Part shown: positions 19,720 to 28,790 of the stretch, piece after piece
How the letters are laid out: every line of letters starts with the position of its first letter
Numbering within the stretch: the first letter of the stretch is position 1
Assembly: GCA_036802765.1 (NCBI GenBank)
Contig: DAIRVP010000002.1
Span: 4,152 to 68,151 of the forward strand
Length of the DNA stretch: 64,000 nucleotides
From: Candidatus Rokuibacteriota bacterium
GTDB lineage: Bacteria > Methylomirabilota > Methylomirabilia > Rokubacteriales > CSP1-6
Direction of reading: 5' to 3'
Position numbers and translations under genes: made by a program
Notes under the pieces: generated by a model
Seen by the model: only the letters and a program-made list of their open reading frames with translations
Told to the model about the DNA's origin: nothing
The model's database searches: none

Positions 19720-20489
19720 GCAAGATGCGCGCGCCGAAGGTCGTGGTCGTGATGCCGGCGTACAACGCGGACCGCACGCTGCGCATGACGTACGAGGAAT
19801 TGCCGAAGGACACGGTGAATCTCGTGATCCTGGTCGACGACGGCTCGACCGACACCACGCTCGAAGTCGCGCGACAGCTCGGGCTCGAGATCTTCGTTCA
19901 CAACCGCAACTACGGATACGGCGCGAACCAGAAGACGTGTTACGCGGAGGCGCTGCGCGCGGGCGCCGACGTGGTCGTGATGGTGCACCCCGACTATCAG
20001 TACGATCCCACCCTGGTGCCGCAGATCATCGAGCCGATCATTCGCGGGGAAGCCGAAGTCGTGCTGGGTTCGCGGCTTAAGAGCGGCTCGGCGCTGGCGC
20101 AGGGCATGCCGTGGTGGAAGTTCGTCGCGAACCGGTTCCTGACGTGGGTCGAGAACCGTGCCTTCGGACTGCACCTGTCCGAATATCACACGGGCTACCG
20201 TGCCTTCCGCCGCGACGTGCTCGAGACCGTGAATTTCCGCGCGAACGCCGACGGCTTCATCTTCGATCAGGAGATCATCGCCCAGGTGGTGGCCGCGGAC
20301 TTCCGCATCGCGGAGATTGCCGTCCCGACGCGCTACTTCCGCGAGGCCTCCTCGGCGTCGTTCGCCGCCTCGAGCGTCTACGGCTTGCGCATCCTCGCCG
20401 TCGTCTTCTGGTACTTGCTGAGCAGGTGGGGAGTACGGCGTTCACGCCGCTTCGATAGCCTGCGCGCGCGCTACACGCGTCTGAGTTGA
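19716..20489 (+). CDS. GT2 glycosyltransferase (polyprenyl-phosphate sugar synthase, ArnC/DPM1-like)
   Basis: VVVVMPAYNADRT...VDDGSTD GT-A fold motifs. Starts at the ATG at 19716, not the longer shadow ORF beginning at 19104. Confidence 0.8.
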   Translation: MSKMRAPKVVVVMPAYNADRTLRMTYEELPKDTVNLVILVDDGSTDTTLEVARQLGLEIFVHNRNYGYGANQKTCYAEALRAGADVVVMVHPDYQYDPTLVPQIIEPIIRGEAEVVLGSRLKSGSALAQGMPWWKFVANRFLTWVENRAFGLHLSEYHTGYRAFRRDVLETVNFRANADGFIFDQEIIAQVVAADFRIAEIAVPTRYFREASSASFAASSVYGLRILAVVFWYLLSRWGVRRSRRFDSLRARYTRLS

Positions 20490-22024
20490 GGGGAATCGCG
20501 CGGGGACTCGACGGCGCGGCCGTCGTCCTGGCCGCGCTGGCGGTCGCCGTGCTCGCGACCGGACGGCTCCGGCTCGGCAGCCTTGCGCTCGAGCGGGCCG
20601 AGGACCTGCTCGTCGCCATCGCGCTGATCGTCGCGGCCAGGCTGGCGCTGGCGCCCATCGTCCTTCCGCGGTGGTCGTCACGCGTTGTGGTCGCCTCCGG
20701 CGTCTCCGTCTACGTCGTGCTCATGGGCGTGATCGTCGTCACGCGCCACGTTGCGCTGCGCACCCACGCCCTGGACCTCGGCTATTACGTGCAGGTCGTG
20801 TGGAATCTGGCCCAGGGCAACGGCGCGCGCGTCACCCTGCCGCCGATGCATGCGTGGGGTGACCACTTCTCGCCCATCCTTTATCTGTTCGTACCTCTGG
20901 GCTGGCTGTTCCCCGGTGCTGGAGCGCTCCTGGTGGCGCAGACGCTGATCCTGGCGGCCGGCGCGGTCGCGCTGGCGGGCTTTGCCGCCCGGCGACTCGG
21001 GGACGCGCGCGTCGCAGCCGGCTTCGCCGTGCTTTATCTGCTGAGCCCGACGCTCCACGGCATCAACGTCCGCGACGTTCATCCCACGACGTTCGCGATT
21101 GCACTCCTGATCGTCGCCGCCTGGGCGGTCGATGCCGAACGGCCGGCGTGGGCGGCGCTGGCCGTGGTGGCCGCGCTGGCGGGCCGCGAGGATTGCGCCG
21201 TCGCCGGTGTCGGCTTCGGGATCTGGCTGGCGCTCGCGCGGAGTCGGTACATCGCGGGCGCAGCCGTCGCCCTCGCATGCGTCGCGCTGTTGTGGACAGA
21301 CATGAACGTCGTCATGCCCCACTTCCGGGGCGAGCCGTACCCGCACCTCATCAAGCGCTACGCGTACCTCGGCGCCACGCTGCCGGAGGTGATCACCAGC
21401 GTCCTCATCAGGCCATGGCGCTGGCTCCCCGTCGTGGTCACGCCTGCCAAAGCGGTCTATCTCGCCGCGATGCTGGCACCGCTGGGATTCCTGCCGCTCG
21501 CAGCTCCGCGCGCGGCGGCCGCTGCGCTGCCGGGACTGGCCGTGAATCTGTTGTCGACGGATTCGTTTCTCTTCAGCTACCGCACACCGTACCAGGCGTT
21601 CGTGTTGCCTTTTCTCTTGCTCGCCGCCGTCGAAGGCTTCGCGGCCGCGCGCAGCGCCACATGGTGGCCACGGCGCCTATCCCCGCGCGCAGTGCTCGTC
21701 GCCGCGGCAATCGTCGCGCTCGTGCTGAGCGCGCGCACCGTCAACGATCTGGGCGTCAGCAAGTGGGCGCTCAGTCCCGAGCAGCGCGCCGCCCGCGCTC
21801 TGATGGCGCGCATACCGCCGCTCGTTTCTGTGAGCGTCAACGAACGGCTGGTGCCACACCTCGCCACGCGGGCGGAATGCTACGTGTTCCCGACGGGGAT
21901 CGATCGCGCGCAATGGGTGCTCGATCGCGAATCGCGTGTCGCGCGCGAAAACCTCCGCGGCTTCGACGTCGTCGCGCGCGATGCGGGCTGGGCGCTGCTC
22001 CGACGCTCCGGGCCGTCCGGTTAA
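20486..22024 (+). CDS. polytopic membrane protein (DUF2079-like)
   Basis: More than 10 predicted TM helices with LDLGYYVQVVWNL, a motif typical of uncharacterised membrane proteins co-occurring with GT39/GT2. 4-nt overlap with the GT2 gene. Confidence 0.5.
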   Translation: MRGIARGLDGAAVVLAALAVAVLATGRLRLGSLALERAEDLLVAIALIVAARLALAPIVLPRWSSRVVVASGVSVYVVLMGVIVVTRHVALRTHALDLGYYVQVVWNLAQGNGARVTLPPMHAWGDHFSPILYLFVPLGWLFPGAGALLVAQTLILAAGAVALAGFAARRLGDARVAAGFAVLYLLSPTLHGINVRDVHPTTFAIALLIVAAWAVDAERPAWAALAVVAALAGREDCAVAGVGFGIWLALARSRYIAGAAVALACVALLWTDMNVVMPHFRGEPYPHLIKRYAYLGATLPEVITSVLIRPWRWLPVVVTPAKAVYLAAMLAPLGFLPLAAPRAAAAALPGLAVNLLSTDSFLFSYRTPYQAFVLPFLLLAAVEGFAAARSATWWPRRLSPRAVLVAAAIVALVLSARTVNDLGVSKWALSPEQRAARALMARIPPLVSVSVNERLVPHLATRAECYVFPTGIDRAQWVLDRESRVARENLRGFDVVARDAGWALLRRSGPSG

Positions 22025-22069
22025 CGAGGGCCGCGACGGCTCCGCCGGCGTGGCCCGAACGCTGGGGGT

Positions 22070-22098
22070 CTGGGGGCCATTTCGGGGCCCCCAGTTTT
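22070..22098 (+). terminator. rho-independent terminator hairpin
   Basis: Perfect 9-bp inverted repeat CTGGGGGCC/GGCCCCCAG with a 7-nt loop followed by TTTT. Lies between convergent genes, 45 nt after the stop of the upstream + strand membrane-protein gene. Confidence 0.6.
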
Positions 22099-22100
22099 AA

Positions 22101-22493
22101 TCAGTCCTCGCGGCCGAGCACGTGCGATGCGTGATGGTGCACCATGCGCCAGCCGCCGGGGCTGCGCTCGAACACGTTCGTCGCGAGAATCGACGTCACG
22201 CCGACGCGGCCTTCGCTTTCCGACAGGATGTTTTCGGTGCAGGTGACCCAGCCCAGGTCGCCGACACACGCCACGTGAACGTCGGTCAGAGTGAAGCGCA
22301 TCTCGTGTGTGTTGGCGAAGATCGCCTCCCACGACGCCCGCACGGCCTGCCAGCCGCTCAGCATCGGCCAGCCGGGATGCACACATCTCACGTCCTCGCC
22401 GTGCGCCCACAGCTGCTCCATCGCTTGGAGATCGAGCGCCTCGAACGCGCGATAGAAGGACGCATTCGCCTGCTGGACGTCGTTCACGGACAC
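22101..22493 (-). CDS. SnoaL-like/NTF2-like domain protein
   Basis: About 130 aa with an NTF2-fold pattern (ASFYRAFEALD..WAHGEDVRCVHPG). GTG start overlaps the Rieske gene stop. Confidence 0.5.
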   Translation of the reverse strand: MSVNDVQQANASFYRAFEALDLQAMEQLWAHGEDVRCVHPGWPMLSGWQAVRASWEAIFANTHEMRFTLTDVHVACVGDLGWVTCTENILSESEGRVGVTSILATNVFERSPGGWRMVHHHASHVLGRED

Positions 22494-22849
22494 GTGACGA
22501 TAATGGTGTCGCCGTCCCGCCGCAGCGGCAGCCGCGTGAGCGAGTCGCCTGCGCACGGGCCTGCCGTGCAGTAGCCGGTGGCCGGCTCGTACAGTGCGCC
22601 GTGGGTCGAGCAGATCAGCGTGCGACCGTCCTCGGCGAAGAAGTCGTTGGGCCAGAGATCGAGCGGTGTGCCGACGTGCGGGCAACGATTGACGTAGGCG
22701 TGGTATTCGCCGCCGTGGTTGACGATGAAGCCTTCGACGCCGCGGCCGCGACACTCGAGGCGGAATTTCGTCGTCCGCCCGGGCGTCAGCTCGGTGGCGG
22801 AACCGCGCCACTCCGCCGGAGCCGTCATGCGCCGCATGTTACCATTCAC
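22484..22849 (-). CDS. Rieske [2Fe-2S] domain protein
   Basis: CPH...CSTHG ligand boxes (NRCPHVGTP, LICSTHGALY). Confidence 0.75.
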   Translation of the reverse strand: MNGNMRRMTAPAEWRGSATELTPGRTTKFRLECRGRGVEGFIVNHGGEYHAYVNRCPHVGTPLDLWPNDFFAEDGRTLICSTHGALYEPATGYCTAGPCAGDSLTRLPLRRDGDTIIVTCP

Positions 22850-22851
22850 GC

Positions 22852-23805
22852 ATGCGCTCGCCCGCCGCGTCCCTCGCCATCGAGGCGCGCGAGGTGGCCA
22901 AGACGTTCCGTTCCGGATGGCTTCGTCCCCGACTGACCGAGGCCCTGCGCGGCGTGACGCTCGAGGTCCCGCGCGGCGCGATCGTCGGCATCCTCGGGCC
23001 CAACGGCGCTGGCAAGACCACGTTTCTCTCGATCCTCGCGACGCTGCTCATTCCCGATCGCGGCAGCGCCCGGGTGCTCGGGCTGGACGTCGTCCACGAT
23101 TCGCTCCCGCTCCGCCAGCGGATCAACATGGCGAGCGGGCGCCCGTCGTTTCTGTGGAGCCTCCGCGTGGCCGAGATCGTGGGCTTCTACGGCCGGCTCT
23201 ACGGAATCTCCGGCGCCGCGTTGCGCGCCCGCGTCGACGCGCTCATCGAGGAGTACGAGCTGACCGAATATCGTCGCGTGCCGTACAACGAGCTGTCCAC
23301 CGGTCTGAAGCAGCGTGTGGCGCTGGCGAAGGCGCTGATCAACGACCCCGAGCTGTTGTTTCTCGACGAGCCCACGCTTGGCCTCGATCCGGACGTCTCC
23401 GTGCGCGTGCGCGCGCACATTGCGGCGCTGCGCCGCGAGCGCGGGGTGACGATCGTGCTGACGACGCACTACATGCGTGAAGCCGAGGAGTTGTGCGACG
23501 AGGTGGCCTTCATCAAGGCCGGCCGCATCCTGGACAAGGGCACGCCGGATGAGCTCAAGCGCCGTATCGGGCTCGGCGACGTGATCGCCTTGCGCCTGGA
23601 GCCCGCGGCGCCGTCATGGCTGACGGCGGCGCCGGGCGTGTTGCGATGCACGACCGATGGCGACTGGACGAAGTGCACGGTGGACGACGCGGAGAAGCGG
23701 CTGCCCGACCTGCTCCGCCAGCTCTTCGCCGAGGGCATCACCGTGCGGAACGTGCGTGTGCGCGAGCCCGAGCTCGAGGAGGTCTTCGTTGAGCTGGCGC
23801 GCTGA
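22852..23805 (+). CDS. ABC transporter ATP-binding protein
   Basis: Walker A GPNGAGKTT, ABC signature LSTGLKQRV and Walker B LLFLDEPT. Confidence 0.85.
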   Translation: MRSPAASLAIEAREVAKTFRSGWLRPRLTEALRGVTLEVPRGAIVGILGPNGAGKTTFLSILATLLIPDRGSARVLGLDVVHDSLPLRQRINMASGRPSFLWSLRVAEIVGFYGRLYGISGAALRARVDALIEEYELTEYRRVPYNELSTGLKQRVALAKALINDPELLFLDEPTLGLDPDVSVRVRAHIAALRRERGVTIVLTTHYMREAEELCDEVAFIKAGRILDKGTPDELKRRIGLGDVIALRLEPAAPSWLTAAPGVLRCTTDGDWTKCTVDDAEKRLPDLLRQLFAEGITVRNVRVREPELEEVFVELAR

Positions 23806-24583
23806 CGCGTTGGCGATCTGGGCCGTCGTCGTGCGCAACGCGCTGATGGCCTCGCGCAACGTGTTCTTCTTTTTCGAGCTGCTGTTCTGGCCGATCGTCG
23901 GTGTCGTGTCGATCGGCCTCATGACGCGCTTTCTCGGGCTGTCGGGGCCGCAGGCATCGTTCGTCCTCGTCGGCACCATTGCGCTGTCCGTGGTGAACGT
24001 GTGCCAGCTCGACGTGGCCTATGCGGTGCTCATGGACGTGTGGTCCAAGTCGATCAAGCACCAGTTCCTGGCGCCGATCGGCATCCGTCATCTCTCCGTC
24101 GGCTCGTGGCTCGTCGGAATGGTGCGTGGCGCCGTGCTGTTCGCGCTGCTCGCCGCGCTCGGGTGGTGGGCATTCGGCTTTCGTGTCTTCGCGCCGGGTG
24201 GCGCGGCCGTCGCCGCGTTCCTGGCCGGCTGCTTCCTGAACGCGTGGATCGTGGGCGTGCTGGTCTGCGCGCTCATCACGCTCTTCGGCAACCGCGCCGA
24301 ATCGTTCGCATGGGCCAGCGTCAACCTCGTGCTGGTGCTGGCCGGAATCTACTATCCAGTGTCGGTGCTTCCGGGACCGGCGGCCGCCGTGGCCCGCGCG
24401 ATTCCGCTCACGTACTTCCTCGACGCCTACCGCTCGCACTTCGGCTTCGCGTCGGAGTTCACGGCGCCGATCGCGACCGGTCTGGCGTTGGCGGTCGTGT
24501 ACGCGATCGTCGCGCACCTGGCGTTCTACGCGTGCGTGCAGCGGGCGCGACGCACCGGGCTGCTCCTCAAAATGTCGGAGTGA
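23789..24583 (+). CDS. ABC-2 type transporter permease
   Basis: Six TM segments downstream of the ATPase. TTG start preceded by a perfect AGGAGG 6 nt upstream. Confidence 0.65.
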   Translation: MSWRADALAIWAVVVRNALMASRNVFFFFELLFWPIVGVVSIGLMTRFLGLSGPQASFVLVGTIALSVVNVCQLDVAYAVLMDVWSKSIKHQFLAPIGIRHLSVGSWLVGMVRGAVLFALLAALGWWAFGFRVFAPGGAAVAAFLAGCFLNAWIVGVLVCALITLFGNRAESFAWASVNLVLVLAGIYYPVSVLPGPAAAVARAIPLTYFLDAYRSHFGFASEFTAPIATGLALAVVYAIVAHLAFYACVQRARRTGLLLKMSE

Positions 24584-24585
24584 CC

Positions 24586-25197
24586 ATGGACAACGCTTTC
24601 GCCACGATCTCCCCGTGCACTTTCGCCGAAGTCGTCACGCGTGATCGCGTCATGGACCCGGCCATCCGGCCGCTCTGGCAGCCGATGCCGCGACTGGCCG
24701 GTTCCGCTTACCCCGTCGCGTGTCCCGCCGGCGACAATCTCATGCTGCACGTGGCGATCCATCGGGCTCCGGCGGGCTCAGTTATCGTCTGCGCAGCGGG
24801 CGACTCCAACTGGGCCATGGCCGGCGGCAACGTGTGCGCCTACGCGAAGCAGCGCGGCATCGCAGGATTCGTCGTCGATGGCGTCATCCGCGACATCGCC
24901 GAAACTCGGAAGAACGCGTTTCCGGTCTTCGGCCGCGGCGTGATTCCGATTCCCGGTGTACGAAAGACGCCGGGACTCATCGACGTCGCGGTCGTGTGTG
25001 GCGGCGTCACCGTGGCGCCGGGTGACGTGGTGATCGCCGACGAGGAGGGGATCGTCGTGCTGCCGAAGGCCCAGGCGGCGGACATGCTCGCCAAGGCTCA
25101 GGCGCGCGCCAAGAAAGAGGAAGAGACGACCCTCGAGCAGTGGGTCAAGAACCACAAGGAACGGATCGACGAGGCGGTGAAGACGCTGGGGATCTAG
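24586..25197 (+). CDS. RraA-family protein (RNase E inhibitor / 4-hydroxy-4-methyl-2-oxoglutarate aldolase fold)
   Basis: RraA-like GDNLMLHVAI...GVIRDI pattern. About 200 aa. Confidence 0.7.
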   Translation: MDNAFATISPCTFAEVVTRDRVMDPAIRPLWQPMPRLAGSAYPVACPAGDNLMLHVAIHRAPAGSVIVCAAGDSNWAMAGGNVCAYAKQRGIAGFVVDGVIRDIAETRKNAFPVFGRGVIPIPGVRKTPGLIDVAVVCGGVTVAPGDVVIADEEGIVVLPKAQAADMLAKAQARAKKEEETTLEQWVKNHKERIDEAVKTLGI

Positions 25198-25511
25198 CTC
25201 CCCAGCGCCTTGTCGATCTTCGCCTCGAGCATCGCGCGCGGCACCGCGCCAACCACGGTATCGACGATCCGTCCGTCCTTGACGAGCAGGATGGTCGGAA
25301 TGGAGCGGATCTCGTAGCGGGCGGCCAGCGCCGGCTCCTCGTCGACGTTCACCTTCGCGAGCTTCACGCGTCCCGCGCGGTCCCGCTCGAGTGCGTCGAG
25401 CACAGGGCCAATGGCGCGGCACGGGCCGCACCAGGGGGCCCAAAAGTCGACGAGCAGCAACTCGTCTGTCGTGGCGAGCGTCTCGTCGAATGTCGATTCG
25501 GTCAGGGTCAT
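25194..25511 (-). CDS. trxA: thioredoxin
   Basis: WAPWCGPCR active site. 105 aa. Confidence 0.9.
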   Translation of the reverse strand: MTLTESTFDETLATTDELLLVDFWAPWCGPCRAIGPVLDALERDRAGRVKLAKVNVDEEPALAARYEIRSIPTILLVKDGRIVDTVVGAVPRAMLEAKIDKALGS

Positions 25512-25575
25512 TCGGGCTCTCCTTTCACCCGATTAGGATGCGCGGAGAGCCCGATGAGATGCCCGTCGGCCGGGT

Positions 25576-26070
25576 CTATTGCTTCTCGAAGAAGGCGACG
25601 TTGTTCATCGGCTTGCCTTCAGCGTTCGTGCCCTTGGCCGTCGCGGTCATCGTCTTGCCGTCCGCTGACACCACGCGCCGGATAGTCTGAATCACCTTGC
25701 CGTCCTTCTTGTCCGTGCGCACGGTCGTGCGCGCATCGATGCGCTTGAGCGAAACCTTGTCGGCGCCGAGTGCCGAGCCCGTGAGGGGATAGTCCTTGCC
25801 GTCGTAATTGGCCGTGTACGTGCTTGTGACCTTTTGGCCGTCCGGCGTCATCACCTCCGAGGTGAGTTTTTCACCCTTACCGGCGGACTCGACCGTGAGG
25901 GTCTGGCTCTGGGGCGCCGGACCTGGGTTGTATTTGGACTTGGCGACGTTGAGCTTCCACGTGCCGATGCGCGGGTCCTGGGCCTGGGCCGACAGGCTTG
26001 CGACGTCCGCAACGAGCATCACGACAAGAGCGACGAGTCCGAGAATGATCCCACGCCTGGTCGAGGTCAT
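25576..26070 (-). CDS. secreted hypothetical protein
   Basis: N-terminal signal peptide (GIILGLVALVVMLVADVASLSAQA) and a beta-rich Thr/Lys-rich mature part. Confidence 0.5.
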   Translation of the reverse strand: MTSTRRGIILGLVALVVMLVADVASLSAQAQDPRIGTWKLNVAKSKYNPGPAPQSQTLTVESAGKGEKLTSEVMTPDGQKVTSTYTANYDGKDYPLTGSALGADKVSLKRIDARTTVRTDKKDGKVIQTIRRVVSADGKTMTATAKGTNAEGKPMNNVAFFEKQ

Positions 26071-26162
26071 CGTGCTCCTCCCCTTGAGAGTGGTGAGTTC
26101 CCCACCGTGCACGCGTGCGCCGCTCTCCGCAATGGCCATCTGGCCTGCGCCATGGCGCTGGT

Positions 26163-26882
26163 CTAGTCGACCAGACCGATCTTCACGCGGCGGTTGTGCC
26201 GACCCTTGTTGTCGATCTTGAGGATGCGAACGGCGCGCGACCGCCCCGTGGACGCGAGGTGCGTGCCGCCGCACGCCTGGCGATCGAGCCCGACGATCTC
26301 GACGACGCGCACGCTGCCGTCGGGCGCGGGCGGCGGCGCCACGGACCGGCAGCGGATGAGACCGGGTTCGCTCGCGAGCGCTTCGGCCGCGACCCACTCG
26401 AAGCGCAGGGGCAGATCTTGCTTGATCACGTGGTTGAGCTGAGGCTCCAGCGCGCGCAGCCGGTCGTTGTCGACGTCAGGCAGATCGAAATCGGTCCGGG
26501 CGGTGCCGTCGGCGTTGAGCTGGGCGCCGGTGATGAGCGCGCCGTGAAAGTGCTGGAACACGAGCGCGTTCAGCACGTGCGCGTTGGTGTGCAGCTCGGT
26601 CTGGAGCGCGCGAAAGGACGCGTCGACGGAGGCCTGCACGACGCCATCGATCTCGACCGGCTCGGCGAGACGGTGCCACACGCGGCCGTCCGGCGCGACC
26701 TCGAAGCCGGTGATCGCCGTCTCGCCCGATCGCCACGCGAGGTGCCCGCGGTCGGCGAGCTGACCACCGCCACCCGGATGAAACGGGCTCTGCTCCAGCA
26801 CGATGGCGCCGGGACGGGCGTCGATGACGTTCGTCTCGAGGACCAGCACGTCAGGATGTTCGTGGCAGAAGTAACGCGACAC
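26163..26882 (-). CDS. alanyl/threonyl-tRNA synthetase editing-domain protein (AlaX-like)
   Basis: HxxxH (HTNAHVL) and CGGTH zinc-binding motifs of the AlaX second additional domain. Confidence 0.7.
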   Translation of the reverse strand: MSRYFCHEHPDVLVLETNVIDARPGAIVLEQSPFHPGGGGQLADRGHLAWRSGETAITGFEVAPDGRVWHRLAEPVEIDGVVQASVDASFRALQTELHTNAHVLNALVFQHFHGALITGAQLNADGTARTDFDLPDVDNDRLRALEPQLNHVIKQDLPLRFEWVAAEALASEPGLIRCRSVAPPPAPDGSVRVVEIVGLDRQACGGTHLASTGRSRAVRILKIDNKGRHNRRVKIGLVD

Positions 26883-26893
26883 GGCCGCTCCGG

Positions 26894-27820
26894 TCAGCGT
26901 CCCATGAACTTCGCCACCGTGCGTGCGATGCCGGCGGGGTCGAAGCCGAATTTCGCGTAGAGGCCGCGCGGATCGCCCGATTCGCCGAAGACCGTGGTGC
27001 CGATTCGCTTCAGCGGTGTGGGACGGACTTCCGCCAGCCATTCGGCGACTGCGCCGCCTAGGCCGCCCGCGATCGAGTGGTCCTCAACCGTGACGACGCG
27101 GCCCGTCTTCGCCGCCGAGCGACCGAGCATCTCCTCGTCGAGCGGCTTGATGGACGACGCGTTGATCACCTCGGCGGAGATCGCCTCGCGCTCGAGATGC
27201 CTCGCGGCCTGCAGCGCGTTGAACACGGTGCCGCCGGTGGCGATCAGCGTGACGTCCGTGCCCGGTCGCAGCAGACACCATCGGCCGAGACGAAACCGAT
27301 AATCCGGTGGGCTGACGGGCTCGAGATTCTGGCGCGTCAGGCGCAGGTAGAGCGGGCCGACGTGCTCGGTGGCATACGCGACCGCCTGCTTGGTCTCGAG
27401 CTCGTCGGCAGGTTGGACGATCGGCACGTTCGGCAGCGCGCGCATGCACGCGATGTCCTCGAGCCCCATCTGGCTGTAGCCATCCTCACCGATGGCGACT
27501 CCCACGTGCGTGCCGACGATCTTCACGTTCGCATTCGTGTACGCGACGGAGATTCGGATCGTCTCGAAGCGGCCGACGATGAAGCAGGCGAACGAGCACG
27601 CGAAGGGCACACGACCGGTGAGCGCAAGCCCGGCCGCGATGCCGACCATGTTGGCCTCGGCGATCCCCAAATTGAAGGCGCGGCCCGGAAACTGTTTGGC
27701 GAAGCCGGCCGTCATCGTGGATTTCGACAGATCGGCGTCGAGCGTGACGATGCGCTCGTCTTTGCCGCCCAGCTCGATCAGCGCCTCGCCGAACGCAGCA
27801 CGGCTGGCTTTCGCAGCCAT
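26894..27820 (-). CDS. transketolase, C-terminal subunit
   Basis: Pyrimidine-binding and C-terminal domains (FNLGIAEANMVGIAAGLA). Follows the N-terminal subunit gene. Confidence 0.85.
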   Translation of the reverse strand: MAAKASRAAFGEALIELGGKDERIVTLDADLSKSTMTAGFAKQFPGRAFNLGIAEANMVGIAAGLALTGRVPFACSFACFIVGRFETIRISVAYTNANVKIVGTHVGVAIGEDGYSQMGLEDIACMRALPNVPIVQPADELETKQAVAYATEHVGPLYLRLTRQNLEPVSPPDYRFRLGRWCLLRPGTDVTLIATGGTVFNALQAARHLEREAISAEVINASSIKPLDEEMLGRSAAKTGRVVTVEDHSIAGGLGGAVAEWLAEVRPTPLKRIGTTVFGESGDPRGLYAKFGFDPAGIARTVAKFMGR

Positions 27821-27875
27821 CGCTCCTCCTCTATATAGGGTGACCAGCCGCTACTTGATATAGGGTGACCAGCCG

Positions 27876-28790
27876 CTACTTGGGGTCGAGACGACGCAAC
27901 TCGGCGACGATGGCCGCCGTCGCCTGATCGGTGGCCAGATGCGCCTCCCAGGCGGACTCGGGCACCCCCAGGATCTCGCGGATCGCGACGATCGCCTCCG
28001 CGGGCTTGGGCGCCTTGCCGTGCCATTCGGGATTGTTCTCCATGAACGAGACACCCTTGCCCTTGATCGTGTGCGCGACCACCAGCGTCGGCGCTCCACG
28101 GGTCGCTTCGGCCTGATCGAGGGCTTTGGCAATCTGCCCCATATCGTGCCCGTCGACCTCGATGACGGGCCAGCCGAACGCCTGCCACTTGCCGATAACC
28201 GGCTCGAGATCGAGGATCTTGGCGCAGAAATCGTCGAGCTGGATCTTGTTGTAGTCCACGATGACCGTGAGGTTGTCGACCGGATGGTGCGGCTGTCCGA
28301 GCTTGGGCGCCGACATGGCGGCCTCCCAAACCTGTCCTTCCTGAATCTCGCCGTCGCCGAGCACGCAGTAGACGCGCGATGGCCAACCCGCGAGCTTCGC
28401 GCCGAGCGCGAGCCCCAGCGCCACCGAGAGGCCCTGACCGAGCGAGCCGGTGGCCGCCTCGATACCGGAAAGGGCGACGCGATCAGGATGTCCCTGCAGC
28501 GGCGAGCCGAGCTTGCGCAGGGTGATGAGCGCGTCTTCGGAGAAGTAGCCGGCCGTCGCCATCGCGCAGTAGAGCGCCGGCACCGCGTGGCCCTTGCTCA
28601 AGACGATCCGGTCGCGCTCCGGCCACTCAGGACGGCTCGGATCATGGCGGAGCCGGCCGAACATGATTGCGACGAGCACGTCGATCACAGACAGCGAGCC
28701 GCCCGGATGACCGGAGCCCGCATGGGTGAGCATCCGAATGATCTGCACTCGACAGGCTCGGGTAATGGCCTCCAGACGCGCGTCAGCCAT
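27876..28790 (-). CDS. transketolase, N-terminal (TPP-binding) subunit
   Basis: HAGSGHPGGSLS TPP-binding motif and a GDGEIQEGQVWEA motif. Confidence 0.85.
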   Translation of the reverse strand: MADARLEAITRACRVQIIRMLTHAGSGHPGGSLSVIDVLVAIMFGRLRHDPSRPEWPERDRIVLSKGHAVPALYCAMATAGYFSEDALITLRKLGSPLQGHPDRVALSGIEAATGSLGQGLSVALGLALGAKLAGWPSRVYCVLGDGEIQEGQVWEAAMSAPKLGQPHHPVDNLTVIVDYNKIQLDDFCAKILDLEPVIGKWQAFGWPVIEVDGHDMGQIAKALDQAEATRGAPTLVVAHTIKGKGVSFMENNPEWHGKAPKPAEAIVAIREILGVPESAWEAHLATDQATAAIVAELRRLDPK

